Source: Bugula neritina
Lineage: Eukaryota; Animalia; Bryozoa
Reading direction: 5' to 3'
NCBI GenBank assembly: GCA_964035545.1
Contig: OZ037771.1
Coordinates: 8,115,408 to 8,179,407, forward strand
DNA length: 64,000 bases
The notes under the pieces are model-generated. The model was not told the DNA's origin, made no database searches, and was given only the letters and a program-made list of their open reading frames with translations. Position numbers and translations under genes: made by a program. Positions 11,176 to 25,236 of this stretch are shown piece after piece (position 1 is the stretch's first letter; the number at the start of each line of letters is the position of its first letter).

Positions 11176-14100
11176 TGCACAACAGGTCTGCCTCAGGTCA
11201 AAGAAAAAATAATACATTATGGAAAGACAACAAACTATATAATAAAATATATGTGAGCATGTAATATGGTCACATGACTTGCTAGCTGAGAGATCACTGA
11301 ATTATCAGCTTTTTGCATCATGGCTGAACTTGACTTGTGTAATAAACTTAGCGCCACAGTCTGCGGGCCATAATCCCTTTACAATGTTGGACAGATTAGA
11401 CTCTGGAGGCTATACAATGTTATTATAGAAGATGCTCACCAGAGCGTTTAAAAACATGTGTACATTGAGAAACATGATAAATAAATACATACACTTGGTA
11501 ACTTGGCTTATTGTTGAGCCAATCTACACCAACACCTGGAGAAATCCCTTTAAACCTACAAACACCTAGAGTCTAGAGTCTAGACAGTCTCTAACACACT
11601 TCCTACAGAGCCTGTGCGTTTACACTGTGTCAATGAATTCATTGTACCAAAAGTAGGTCTCACCCACTACCCTCACATGATTAGGGCGCAGTGAAAGATG
11701 ACCAAAAACAGATCTTGTACCAGTTAATACCTGAAAAGAAGTCCTGCAACAATAAAGTGCATTCAATTGCCATATTGGTAACTAGAATTTGAGGTTGAGA
11801 GAAATTTAGTGGACAGTGCTTAAATGGGATATGAACTTTTCATCAAACAAGGAGTTGTCCCTATCACTCTCATCACATAGTGTAGACAAACAGCAGCATT
11901 GACATCTAGAATTCAGAATTAAGTCAAAGGGTTATAATCTCACTCAATGAGCTAAATACTACATCATAGACTGAGAGCATGCTACATAATAGACTGAGAG
12001 TATGCTACATCATAGACTGAGAGTATGCTAGAGATTATAAGGTGTCCAGCCAGATGTTTACAGCGATGTTTCTATTGCGGAATCTACTCCAGAAACTGAT
12101 ACTTTATAAAGTTAGTAGCCACAATACTATACATCTGTTATGATATGCTTAGCAGAATAAAAATAATATAGGCCTATTATTATTAAAGTGTTTGTTAAAA
12201 CTTTATTTGACAAATGAAACAGGAAAAACAGCATAAAGTTAAAATATGAACAACTTATTTCCTCTTAGTATATTAGCAGAAGAAACTATGACATAGATTA
12301 AGTATTCATGAAGAAACAAGATCAAAATCAGAGAATAAATAACACAAAAAATATATAATATATTGTATAGTGTAGACCCTATTTAGCAGATGTTGTATTA
12401 TAGATACTATCTCCATGTACAACCTGCTCTGACATGACATAACAGAGTTTCTACAGTATCTGTATGATTATTGGTCTCTATGATGTCATCCAACACTCTA
12501 TATTCTCACTCTACTACATGCTAATGTAAGCAGTACTTTATATTCAACAAGAGAGCACAACTCTGATTCAACACTTCAGCGCAGTTGTTCAGCTATGTTC
12601 ACTTTAAAGATTCACAGTTATTTCATCTTCTCATATTTACAGATCTTAGCTGTCACATTTCCTCCAATCAATGAGGGTTTCTAAAACATAACATATACTA
12701 TTATTAAGTAAATGTATAAATACTGCAGTGAGGTATAGAAAGTAGAAAACCCTGTAATACTCAGAGAGAGAAATACACCAACTATTGCCAATGACAAAAT
12801 AGTATTTTATTTTTTGCTTCTATTTCAATAACAATCAGTTATGTATCTGTATAACATATACTGATAAAACTATACAGTATTATGTATATAAAGATATAGG
12901 AATTACCTTGTTGACTGTGTATAGGAGCTAGACATTTTAGTTTCAAGTTTTTGAATATTATCTGATATTGTTGATGGAGCTTTTGTGTTGATTTGGGGGC
13001 AGTTTTTACTGTCTGAAACAAAAATGTATTTCCTCTTTTAAGAAAACTGAACGCAAACTATATAATATAACCAACAATGAAACCTATTAATGCACATTAA
13101 AGCTAATTATACGTTGTTCACTGATTTTCAAAATTCTTCATCACCTTAGCAATGAATTTTAGTTACCTGGGTTAAAATAACTTCTTGTAGTTTTCTGAGT
13201 TGGGGTTTTGTTATTTGTTTCTTACAAAACATTTTGTAGACAGCTTCCAACTCTTGGAGAATTTCCAGCTGTTCCTTCTGTAAGTGAAATATTACTGATT
13301 ATTGAATCTGTTCTATCTGCACTCAATACATTTCCTGTTTGCATAATAGAAATATTCATACATAAAATATGCTTTATTTCTTCTACAATAAAAACTCGCT
13401 ACTAAATTTGTAATCTCAAGTCATAGCGTAATGCATAACATTTTACTTACTGATGATTTATTATGAATCACTCTCTTTGCCCACATGACATCACCTTTAC
13501 TAAACATGGAGACATCACAAATACCATACATGACCAAGTTTTAAAGTAGAAATAGTATCTTGAGTAGCAAAATATCACATCCAACTTATTCGTCTGCTGT
13601 GAAGTTTGTGACTTTATGTCACGAGGTTATGATGTCCATTGTTGAGTTTGCAGTTTAAACCATTGTTGCATATATTGCCATATATAGACATTTTTGAGTC
13701 ATTTATGTTTCATTTTTAGGTGTTCGTGTAAAACGCTTTCAGCCTGTACACATACTCAGGTATTCAAACCTATGATTGATATACATTCTACAGTCTACAC
13801 TCTATTGTCATATAATTGCTTTGATGTAGTCAATAATTTCAATTTGCTCAAAATATATACATCACACAGTAGAATGTTTCACAGCATACACAGAAAGAAT
13901 ACAATTCCAGATGTGATAAAATAACATACCAGGTATATGAGGCAGATAATGGTGAGATATAGTCTTACTTACAGGTAGGTTTAACTTAGACATGAACTTT
14001 TCATCTTACAAGGAGTTGTCCCCTATCACTCTCGACATAGAGTGTCTACAAACAGTATCATCAACATCTAGAATTCATAATTAAAGTCAGAGAGTTTTAA

Positions 14101-14784
14101 CAGGTCATTTCCACGTTACTCAATGAAAACATATATGCTACTCTTTGTTACTTATTGAGCCAAGTACTACATCATAGACCGAGAGCATGCTAGAGATAAG
14201 TGACTGCGCAGAGCTAAGACTAACTGGGTCAAGACAGGGGATGATTCCAAGTTCTCCATGCCAGACGTATCTACTCTGTCTAGTGTCCACGTGGGGTCAA
14301 AGTCCTCATCACACTTTTCTAGGTCAATAACCTTATTCTTGAAGGTGTCCCACCAGATGTTTACAGAAATATTTCTGTTGTAAGATCCTACTTGGTGTAT
14401 TCTACAGCATAAATATAATAGATTACAGCATAACATGGTATATTGAAATATAATAGAATATGCAACATAAGATAAAGACATAATAAAATTATAGTATAAC
14501 ACAACATAGTATAGCACAAGATAATATGATATAACATACTGTAACATAATATAATATAAAAAAGAAAAGATCAAGATGCAGGAAGGTGCACACACGCAGT
14601 GTTACCATTTAAATGGAATGTAGAGACAGTCTCTGGCTCTAAGTCAGCGTGCATGAGCTTCACGTCAGCAAGGCCTGGGTACTTGGTGTAGTCTACATCA
14701 TCGACATCAATGTGAGAGTATAAACCTTCAGGGTGGTCAAACAGCACCTTGTCCTGTAGAGTCAGTGTGGCATATTAATAGCAA

Positions 14785-15022
14785 TAGTGTAAATACATAG
14801 TGTAAGTACATGGTGTAAATACATGGTGTAAGTACAGGCTGTAAGTGCATGGGGTAAATACATGGTGTAAACACCTAGTGTAAGATATACATGGTGTAAG
14901 TATATATGGTGTACGTACATGGTGTAAGTACAGGGTGTAAGTACAGGGTGTAAGTACAGGGTGTAAGTACAGGGTGTAAGTACAGGGTGTAAGTACAGGG
15001 TGTAAGTACAGGGTGTAAGTAC
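14785..15022. repeat. 13-bp minisatellite (gtacagggtgtaa/gtacatggtgtaa)n
   Basis: Includes a run of about 7 perfect gtacagggtgtaa units at ~14928-15020. Confidence 0.92.
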
Positions 15023-15301
15023 AGTTTCTATGTTATGTTCTGTATAAGACAAATGAGCTGAAGGACAAGTCAAACAGAATCAGATTACATCAATACTGCT
15101 GTGTTGACTTTACTGTTGGTGGACAATTCTATGGGGAATCCCTACACTGTGCTCACAGAGAGAAGATAACTTCACAAACAAGGTGGTCTACATAATATAG
15201 TACTAGTTGTTCTTTTGAAATAATGAACTTTAGCATAGCCATTGCTTGCTGAAATTTTGCTTCGCATGCCATTCAAACTATTGACAATTTTTATTGCTAA
15301 G

Positions 15302-15605
15302 ATATATTATTATGTTACATATTATATTATTGTGTTACATATTATATATTATTATGTTACATATTATATTATTATGTTACACATTGTATTATTGTGTTAC
15401 ATATTATATATTATTATGTTACATATTATATTATTATGTTACATATTATATTATTGTGTTACATATTATATATTATTATGTTACATATTATATTATTATG
15501 TTACATATTATATTATTATGTTACATATTATATTATTATGTTACACATTATATTATTGTGTTACATATTATATTATTATGCTACATATTATATTATTATC
15601 ATATT
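15302..15605. repeat. 20/22-bp AT-rich minisatellite (tattattatgttacatatta)n
   Basis: About 14 units here but only about 3 at the paralogous sites (~9535-9610, ~20650-20725). It generates spurious Y/I/L-rich ORFs. Confidence 0.92.
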
Positions 15606-18600
15606 TAGTAGGGTAGTATACAAATACTTTCGAATTAACATAATTTATTAGCAGTTGTAAACATAGAATAATGTTACTGATCTTGAGAATCAACAGTAAT
15701 ACACGTGAACATTGACATCACATCCTGTATCACTTACAGCGTACTCAAGAAGGACAAACACGAACTTCTTGGTACCAGCTAATAGACAGTTCATGTGCTC
15801 CACAAAGTCAGTATGTACAACAGAAACAGTACCACCACTGCTGTACCACATAATCTGACAAAACACAGAGCTCAATGGCTAACGGATTATTGTAAAATAA
15901 TGACACAGCCATAGGATCTATAAACTTATTATAATATTAATATATTATCATTATATTTGGTCTAATGCAGCTGACAAATCTATTTTAGACTATTTCATGC
16001 ATTTACCTGAGTAAAGAATGTTCGCAGCAGACATACATCTGGCCTTTTACACTACAGCACAAAATGAGCTATCATTGCTTATAAAACAGTTACATTAAAA
16101 AAATTTCCTGCAGGCTAGAACTATACAGGCTCATCACATGTAGCGTGAACAGCAAGAATTAGGATGTGATGTCATAGTGATGAATAATAATAATGACCGT
16201 TAATTTTTAATTTGTAGTCTTTATGAACCATTATGATGACAAATCTTAGCCATAGAGTTAATATGTAGTATATAATAAAAAGGTGACTCATGACATACAA
16301 ATTGTTCTAGAACTCACTGTTTTCACAATGATGTCTTTTATAAGCTGTTCACACTGCAAGTGGTGTGGCAACATATAGTCTTTTCTACAGAAAGTTTCAA
16401 AAGCCCCTAAAGTAGTGCAAATAACTTTTATTTAAATAATCTTTTATGACCTAAACCTTCGTTTCAGAATACACACTATACACACTAGATAATTTATTAA
16501 CAAAAAGACAGCTTCTAAGAATTGCACTTAGACATAGAAGTTACAACATAATATTATAATATGCATTTTAGGAAACTAGACTGAGAAGATAGTCTGAGAA
16601 ACTAACCTAAGAAATGAGGGCACTGGCTCCACCATATATTGATCTGTGACATTGTAGACAGACACAAGTTCCTTAAATGGAATACAAGAGCTCGGATTTG
16701 TGCGGATTTCCTTCTGTCTGCTTTTCACAAGGACGGTGTGGTTGTTGGGAATCTCTAGAAGTTTCATAAAATACTCGTCAGTCCACAGTCTAATGGTAGA
16801 AGAATTCAATATGGCCGCCTCTAACACCAAGGGACTCTGTTCGTAGTGGAATATAGTGAAAAAGTCCTTAGTAGAAATGCTACTTCCTTTCTTCACTATA
16901 GTGACGTGAATAGAAGGGAGATTCGCTTCGCCAAAAGCAATCTTAGACTGAGCTACAGCATTGCTTGAGATGTGAAGTAGGAGGCCGCATACTAAGGCCA
17001 TGTAGATTGCCATTGCACAGCAGGTCTACTTCAGGTCAAGAAAGAAAATAATACATTGTAGAAAGACAACAAACTATATAATAAGATATCTGTGAGCATG
17101 TAATATGGTCACATGACTTGCTAGCTGAGAGATCACTGAATGATCAGCTTTTTGCATCTTGGCTGAACTTGACTCGTTTAATAAACTTAGCACCACAGTT
17201 TGCTGGCCATAACCCCTTCACAATGCTGGACAGGCTAGACTCTAGAGGCTATACAATTTTATTATAGAATATGCTCACCAAAGTGTTTAAAAACATGTGT
17301 ATATTGAGAAACATGATACACCTGGTAACTTGGTTTATTGTTGAGCCAATCTGCACCAACACCTGGAGAAATCTATTTAAACCTACAAACACTTAGAGTC
17401 TAGAGTCTAGAGTCTAGACAGTCTCTAACACAGTTCCTACAGAGCCTGTGCGGTTACACTGTGTCAATGAATTCATTGTACCAAAAGTAGGTCTCACCCA
17501 CTATCCTCACATGATTAGGGTGCGGTGAAAGATGACCAAAAGTAGATCTTGTACCAGTTAATACCTGAAAGGAAATCCTGCAACAATAAAGTGCATTTAA
17601 TTGCCATATTGGTAACTAGAATTTGAGGTTGAAAAAAATTTAGTGGACAGTGCTTAAATGGGATATGAACTTTTCATCAAGGAGTTGTTCCCTATCACTC
17701 TCATCACATAGTGTCGACAAACAGCAGCATTGACATCTAGAATTCAGAATTAAAGTCAAAGGGTTATAATCTCACTCAATGAGCTAAATACTACATCATA
17801 GACTGGGAGTATGCTACATAATAGACTGAGAGTATGCTACATCATAGACTGAGAGTATGCTAAAGATTATAGGGTGTCCCATCAAATGTTTACAGCGATG
17901 TTTCTATTGCGGAATCTACTCCAGAAACTGATACTTTATAAAATTAGTAGCCACAATACCCTACACCTGTTATGCAATGCTTAGCTGAATAAAAATAATA
18001 TAGGCTTATTATTATTAAAGTGTTTGTTAAAACTTTATTTGACAAATAAAACAGGAAAAACAGCATAAAGTTAAAATATGAACAACTTATTTCCTCTTAG
18101 TATATTAGCAGAAGAAACTATGACATACATTCATGAAGAAACAAGATCAAAATCAGAGAATAAATAACACAAAAAATATATAATATATTGTATAGTGTAG
18201 ACCCTATTTAGCAGATGTTGTATTATAGATACTATCTCCATGCACAACCTGCTCTGACATGACATAACAGAGGTTCTACAGTGTCTGTATGATTATTGAT
18301 CTCTATGATGTCATTCAACACTTCATATTCTCACTCTACTACATGCTATTGTAAACAGTACTTTATATTCAACAAGAGAGGACAACTCTAATTCAACACT
18401 GCAGCTCAGTTGTTCAGCTATGTTCACTTTATAGATTCACAGTCATTTCATCTTCTCATATCTACATATCTTAGCTGTCACATTTCCTCCAATCAATGAG
18501 GGTTTCTAAAACACAATATATACTACTAATAAGTAAATATATAAACACTGCAGTGAGGTATAGAAAGTGGAAAACCCTGTAATACTCAGAGATAGAAATA

Positions 18601-19799
18601 CACCAACTCTTGCTAATGAAAAAATAGTATTTTATTTTCTGCTTCTATTTCAATAACAATCAGTTATGTATCTGTATAACATATAATCATAAGACTATAC
18701 AGTATAATTTTTTTATATAAGGATATAGGAATTACCTTGTTGACTGTGTAGGAGCTGGACATTTTAGTTTCAAGTTTTTGAATATTATCTGATATTGTTG
18801 ATGGAGCTTTTGTGTTGATTTGGGGGCAGTTTTTTACTGTCTGAAACAAAAATGTATTTCCTCTTTTTAGAAAACTGAACGCAAACTATATAATACAACT
18901 AACAATGAAACCTATTAATGCACATTGAAGCTAATTATACGTTGTTCACTGATTTTCAAAATTCTTCATCACCTTAGCAATGAATTTTAGTTACCTGGGT
19001 TAAAATAACTGTTTGTAGTTTTCTGAGTTGGGGTTTTGTTATTTGTTTCTTACAAAACATTTTGTAGACAGCTTCCAACTCCTGGAGAATTTCCAGCTGT
19101 TCCTTCTGTAAGTGAAATATTACTGATTATTGAATCTATTCTATTTGTACTCAATACACTTCCCGTATACATAATAGAAATATTCATACATAAAATATGC
19201 TTTATTTCTTCTACAATAAAAACTCGCTACTAAATTTGTACTCTCAAGTCATAGCGTAATGCATAACATTTTACTTACTGCTGATTTATTATGAATCACC
19301 CTCTTTGCCCACATGACATCACCTTTACTAAACATGGAGAAATCACAAATACCATACATGACCAAGTTTTGAAGTAGAAATAGTATCTTGAGTAGCAAAA
19401 TATCACATCCAACTTGTTCGTCTGCTGTGAAGTTTGTGACTTTATGTCACGAGGTTATGAAGTCCATTGTTGAGTTTGCAGTTTAAACCATTGTTGCATA
19501 TATTGCCATATATAGACATTTTTGAGTCATTTATGTTTCATTTTTAGGTGTTCGTGTAAAACGCTTTCAGCCTGTAGACATACTCAGGTATTCAAACCTA
19601 TGATCAATATACATTCTACAGTCTACACTCTATCATCATATAATTGCTTTGATGTAGTCAATAATTTCAATTTGCTCAAAATATATACATCACACAGTAG
19701 AATGTTTCACAGCATACACAGAAAGAATACAACTTCAGGTGTGATAAAATAACATACTGGGTATATGAGGCAGATGATGGTGAGATATAGTCTTACTTA

Positions 19800-22167
19800 C
19801 AGGTAGGTTTAACTTAGACATGAACTTTTCATCCTACAAGGAGTTGTCCCCTATCACTTTCGTCATATAGTATCTACAAACAGAGGAATTGACAGATCTA
19901 GAATTCATAATTAAAGTCAGAGTGTTTTAACAGGTCATTTCCATGTTACTCAGTGAGACCATAATTATATGCTACTTTTTGTTACTTATTGAGCCAAGTA
20001 TTACATCATAGACTGAGAGCATTCTAGAGATAAGGAACTGTGCAGAGCTAAGGCTAACTGGGTCAAGACAAGGGATGATTCCAATTTCTCCATGCCAGAC
20101 GTATCTACTCTGTCTAGAATGCTATACTGTGGGGTCAAAGTCATCATCACACTTTTCTAGGTCAATAACCTTATTCTTGAAGGTGTCCCACCAGATGTTT
20201 ACAGAAATATTTCTGTTGTAAGATCGGACTTGGTGTATTCTACAGCATAAATATAATAGAATACAACATAACATGATATATTGAAATATAATAGAATATG
20301 CAACATGAGATATAATGACATAATGTAGTATAACACAACATAATATAACACAATATAATATGATATAACATACTGTAACATAATATAATACAAAAAAGAA
20401 AAGATCAAAGTGCGAGAAGGTGCACACATACGGTGTTACCAGTTAAATGGAATGTAGAGACAGTCTAAGTCAGCGTGCATGAAATATTTCATTTCTGTGG
20501 CCCTCAGTTTGAAAAGGTTGGACACCCCTGGTCTATATAATATAATATATTTCGTTGTTCTTTTGAAATACTAAACTGTAGCATAGCCATTGCTTGCAGA
20601 AATTTTGCTTCGCATGCCATTCAAACTAAATTGACAATTTCTATTGCTGAGATATATTATTATGTTACATATTATATTATTATGTTACATATTATATTAT
20701 TGTGTTGCGTATTATATTATTATCATATTTAGTAGGGTAGTATACAAATACTTTAGAATTAACATAATTTATTAGCAGTTGGAGACATAGAATAGTGTTA
20801 CTCCTGAGAATCAACAGTAATACACTTGAACAGTGACATCACATCCTGTATCACTTACAGCGTACTCAGGAGAGACAAACACAAACTTCTTGGTACCGGC
20901 TAATAGACAGTTCATGTTCTCCACAAAGTCAGTATGTACAACCGAAACAGTACTGCTGTACCACATAATCTGACAAAACACAGAGCTCAATGGCTAACGG
21001 GTTATTGTAAAATAATGACACAATCATATGATCCATAAACTTATTATAATATTAATATATTATCATTATATTCCGTCTAGTGCAGCTGAAAAAATCTATT
21101 CTAGACTATTCCATGCATGTACCTGAGCAAAGAATGTATGCAGCAGACATACAGTCTGGCCTTTTACACTACAGCACAAAGTAAACTGGCATTGCTTATA
21201 AAGCAGAAAAGGCCTTATTGAATCTTTGTTAGTTGAATTAAAATAATTTATTGCAGGCTAAAACTGTACAGGTTCATCATTTGTAGGGTGAACAGCAAGA
21301 ATTAGGTTGTGATGTCATAGCGATGAATTCGTAGCCTCCAAAAGGAAATGACCATTAATTTTTAATTTGTAGCCTTTATGAACCATTATGATGAAAAATC
21401 TCAACCATAGAGTTGATATGTAGTATATAATAAAAAGGTGACTTATTTTATACAGCTTGTTTTAGAACTCACTGTTTCCACAATGATGTCTTTTAAAAGC
21501 TGTTCACACTGCAAATGGCAATATATAATCTTTTCTACAAGCAAACAGAAATAAGTTTCAAGAGCCTCTAAAATAGTGCAAATAACTTTTATTTGAATAA
21601 ACTTTTATGACCTAAGTCTTCGTTTTACAATACACAACTCATAATTTATTAACAAAAAGATGGTTTATAAGAATTGCATTTAGACATAGAGTAAACACAA
21701 CACAAAATTATAATATGTATTTTAAGAAACTAAACTGAGAAGATAGTCTGAGAAACTGACCTAAGAAATGAAGGCACTGGCTTCGCCATGTATTGATCTG
21801 TGACATTGTAGACAGACACAAATTCCTTAAATGGAATACGAACGCTTGGATTTGTGCGACTTTCCTTTTTCCTGCTTTCCACAAGGACGGTGTGGTTGTT
21901 AGGAATCTCCGAAAATTTTATAAAATACTCGTCAGTCCACAGTCTAAGAGCAGGAAAATTCAATATGGCCGGCTTGAACACCACTGGACTCTGTTCGTAG
22001 ACGAATATAGTAAAAAAGTCCTTAGTAGAAATGCTACTTCCTTTCTCTACTATAGTGACGTGAATAGAAGAGAGATTCACTTCGCCAAAAGCAATCTTAG
22101 ACTGAGCTACAGCATTGCTTGAGATGTTAAGTAGGAGGCCGCATACTAAGGCTATGTAGATTACCAT
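19800..22167 (-). pseudogene. JmjC/cupin oxygenase pseudogene copy 3 (exons 1-3, partial exon 4, exons 5-6; exons 7-9 missing)
   Basis: Exon 1 (ATG 22167) is open. Exon 2 (~21470-21535) has a frameshifting deletion. Exon 3 (~20858-20970) lacks the GG codons but keeps VHTD. Most of exon 4 is deleted beside a hAT end. Exon 5 (IHQVRSYNRNISVNIWW) is at ~20240-20058. Confidence 0.85.
20483..20530 (-). mobile_element. Solo terminus of a hAT (Charlie/Buster-like) DNA transposon
   Basis: The reverse complement begins CAGGGGTGTCCAACCTTTT, a typical hAT-Charlie terminus. It is flanked by gtctatat, resembling the Charlie target preference. Absent from the other units. Confidence 0.6.
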
Positions 22168-25100
22168 TGCACAGCAGGTCTGCCTCAGGTCAAAGAAAAA
22201 ATAATACATTATGGAAAGACAACAAACTATATAATAAAATATATGTGAGCATGTAATATGGTCACATGACTTGCTAGCTGAGAGATCACTGAATGGTCAG
22301 CTTTTTGCATAGTGGCTGAACTTGACTTGTGTAATAAACTTAGCGCCACAGTTTGCTGGCCTTAACCCCTTCACAATGTTTAAAAACATGTGTTCATTGA
22401 GAAACATAATAAGTAAATACATACACCTGGTAACTTGGCTTATTGTTGAGCCAATTTACACCAACACCTGGAGAAATACCTTTAAACCTACAAACACTTA
22501 GAGTCTAGAGTCTAGAGTCTAGACAGTCTCTAACACACTTCCTACAGAGCCTGTGCGTTTACACCGTGTCAATGGATTCATTGTACCAAAAGTAGGTCTC
22601 ACCCACTATCCTCACATGATTAGGGCGCAGTGAAAGATGACCAAAAGTAGATCTTGTACCAGTTAATACCTGAAAGGAAGTCCTGCAACAATAAAGTGCA
22701 TTTAATTGCCATATTGGTAACTAGAATTTGAGGTTGAGAAAAATTTAGTGGACAGTGCTTAAATAGGATATGAACTTTTCATCAAACAAGGAGTTGTCCC
22801 CTATCACTCTCATCACATAGTGTCTACAAACAGCAGCATTGACATCTAGAATTCATAATTAAAGTCAAAGGTTTATAATCTCACTCAATGAGCTAAATAC
22901 TACATAATAGACTGAGAGCATATGCTACATCATAGACTGAGAGTATGCTACACAATAGACTGAGAGCATGCTAAAGATCATAGGGTGTCCCATCAAATGT
23001 TTACAGCGATGTTTCTATTGCAGAATCTAATCCAGAAACTGATACCTTATAAAGTTAGTAGCCACACTCTACACTTGTTATGCAATGCTTAGCAGAATAA
23101 AAATAATATAGGCCTATTATTATTAAAGTGTTTGTTAAAACTTTATTTGACAAATAAAACAGGAAAAACAGCATTAAGTTAAAATATGAACAACAATTGT
23201 TTTCTCTTAGTATATTAGCAGATGAAACTATAAGATAAGTATTCATAAAGAAACAAGATCAAACCCAGAGTATGAATAACACAATAAATATATTATGATA
23301 TATTGTATAGTTACTATTTAGCAAATGTTGTATAGATACTAGCTCTATGCACAACCTGCTCTGGCATGTCATAACAGAGTTTCTACACTGTCTGTGTGAT
23401 CATTGATTTCTATGATGACATTCAAAACTGCATATTCTCACTCTACTACATACTAATGTAAGCAGTACTTTATATTCAACAAGAGAGGACAACTCTAATT
23501 CAACACTGCAGCTCAGTTGTTCAGCTATATTCACTTTACAGATTCAGAATCATTTCATCTTCTCATATCTACAGATCTTAGCTGTCACATTTCCTCTAAT
23601 CAATGAGGGTTTCTAAAACATAACATATACTATTATTAAGTAAATGTATAAATACTGCAGTGAGGTATAGAAAGTAGAAAACCCTGTAATACTCAGAGAT
23701 AGAAATACACCAACTATTGCCAATGAAAAAATAGTATTTTATTCTTTGCTTTTATTTCAATAACAATCAGTTATGTATCTGTATAACATATAATCATAAA
23801 ACTATACAGTATAATGTATATAAGGATATAGGAATTACCTTGTTGACTGTGTAGGAGCTAGACATTTTAGTTTCAAGTTTTTGAATATTATCTGATATTG
23901 TTGATGGAGCTTTAGTGTTGATTTGGGGGCAGTTTTTTACTGTCTGAAACAAAAATAATAATGAAACCTATGAATGCACATTAATGCTTATACGTTGTTC
24001 ACTGATTTTCAAAATTCTTCATCATCTTAGTAATGAATTTTAGTTACCTGAGTTAGAATAACTTCTTGTAGTTTCCTGAATTGAAGTTTTGTTATTTGTT
24101 TCTGGCAAAACATTTTGTGGACAGCTTTCAACTCCTGGAGAATTTCCAGCTGTTCCTTCTGTAAGTGAAATATTACTGATTATTGAATCTATTCTATTTG
24201 TACTCAATATATTTTCTGTTTACATAATAGAAATATTCATAAATAAAATATATTCTATTTCTTCTACATTAATATTGTCTACTAAATTTGAAATCACAAG
24301 TCATAGCGTATTGCATAACATTTTACTTACTGCTGATTTATTATGAATCATCCTCTTTGCCCACATGACATCACCTTTACTAAACATGGAGAAATCACAA
24401 ATACCATACATGACCAAGTTTTGAAGTAGAAATAGTATCTTGAGTAGCAAAATATCACATCCAACTTGTTTGTCTGCTGTGAAGTTTGTGACTTTATGTC
24501 ACGAGGTTATGATGTCCATTGTTGAGTTTACAGTTTAAACCATTGTTGCATATATTGGCATATATGGAAAGTTTTGAGTCATTCATGTTTCATTTTTAGG
24601 TGTTCGTGTAAAACACTTTCAGCCTGTAGACATACCCAGGTATTCAAACCTATGATTGATATACATTCTATCGTCTACACTCTATCATCATATAATAGCT
24701 TTGATGTAGTCAATAATTTCCATTTGCTCAAAATCAGGCTGTACTTTTATATGATTTTATATGTTACAACCTTTATTTACTGTTTTCACAGTAAAAGATA
24801 GTTTAATAAATTTAATAAAAGCAGTGAAAAGGATCAGGAATTTATTATCATTCAAAACCAACATAAAATGTAGAGTATAAAAAGAGAAAGCATTCCAAAT
24901 CGGAACAGACTTGTAGTGAACACACTATATGCTGTAGTTAAACATTTAAAAGGAATAAAAATAGTTATTGAGCACCAGCAGGTTGCTTGTCTAAAAGGAA
25001 ATGGACAGAAAACAGGTGTTTAAGTATTTGTATAAAACTGTGTATAGGAAAACAACTTATGTTTAAGTCATGTCACAGCCACATGGAAACACAGTAAAAC

Positions 25101-25236
25101 AATCAACACAGTACAATAAATATGAGTTTAACAAATAACAAAGTGTAAGAGTTGTGTATGGTTCTACAACTACACAATCTAAATTTTGTATATAACTATA
25201 AGGGTCATTAGCCGTAAAAGTCAATGCCGTAATTTT

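Larger units (their letters stand above)
13972..17013 (-). pseudogene. JmjC/cupin oxygenase pseudogene copy 2 (exons 1-6; most complete core; frameshift in exon 4; exons 7-9 missing)
   Basis: Exons 17013-16607 (signal peptide MAIYMALVCGLLLHISSNAVA...), 16384-16318, 15854-15738 (IMWYSSGGTVSVVHTDFVEHMNCLLAGTKKFVFV, with HxD), 14753-14606 (DHPEGLYSHIDVDDVDYTKYPGL...EP[G]DCLYIPFK, 1-bp deletion), 14401-14225 (IHQVGSYNRNISVNIWW) and a degenerate exon 6 at ~14045-13972. Confidence 0.88.

Noticed and set aside
14399-14607. In-frame TGA codons in JmjC copies (TG|A junction; also exon 9 at ~25279-25281) as possible selenocysteine or recoding
   Set aside because: The junction TGA replaces a conserved Trp rather than Cys. 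The same copies carry frameshifts and deletions, and no SECIS was recognised. Pseudogene decay is simpler.
14785-15605. Regular short repeats that could be mistaken for a CRISPR array
   Set aside because: They are head-to-tail minisatellites without unique spacers, inside a eukaryotic intron, with no cas genes.
15242-15651. Three overlapping Y/I/L/H-rich ORFs
   Set aside because: They are translations of the 20-bp minisatellite.
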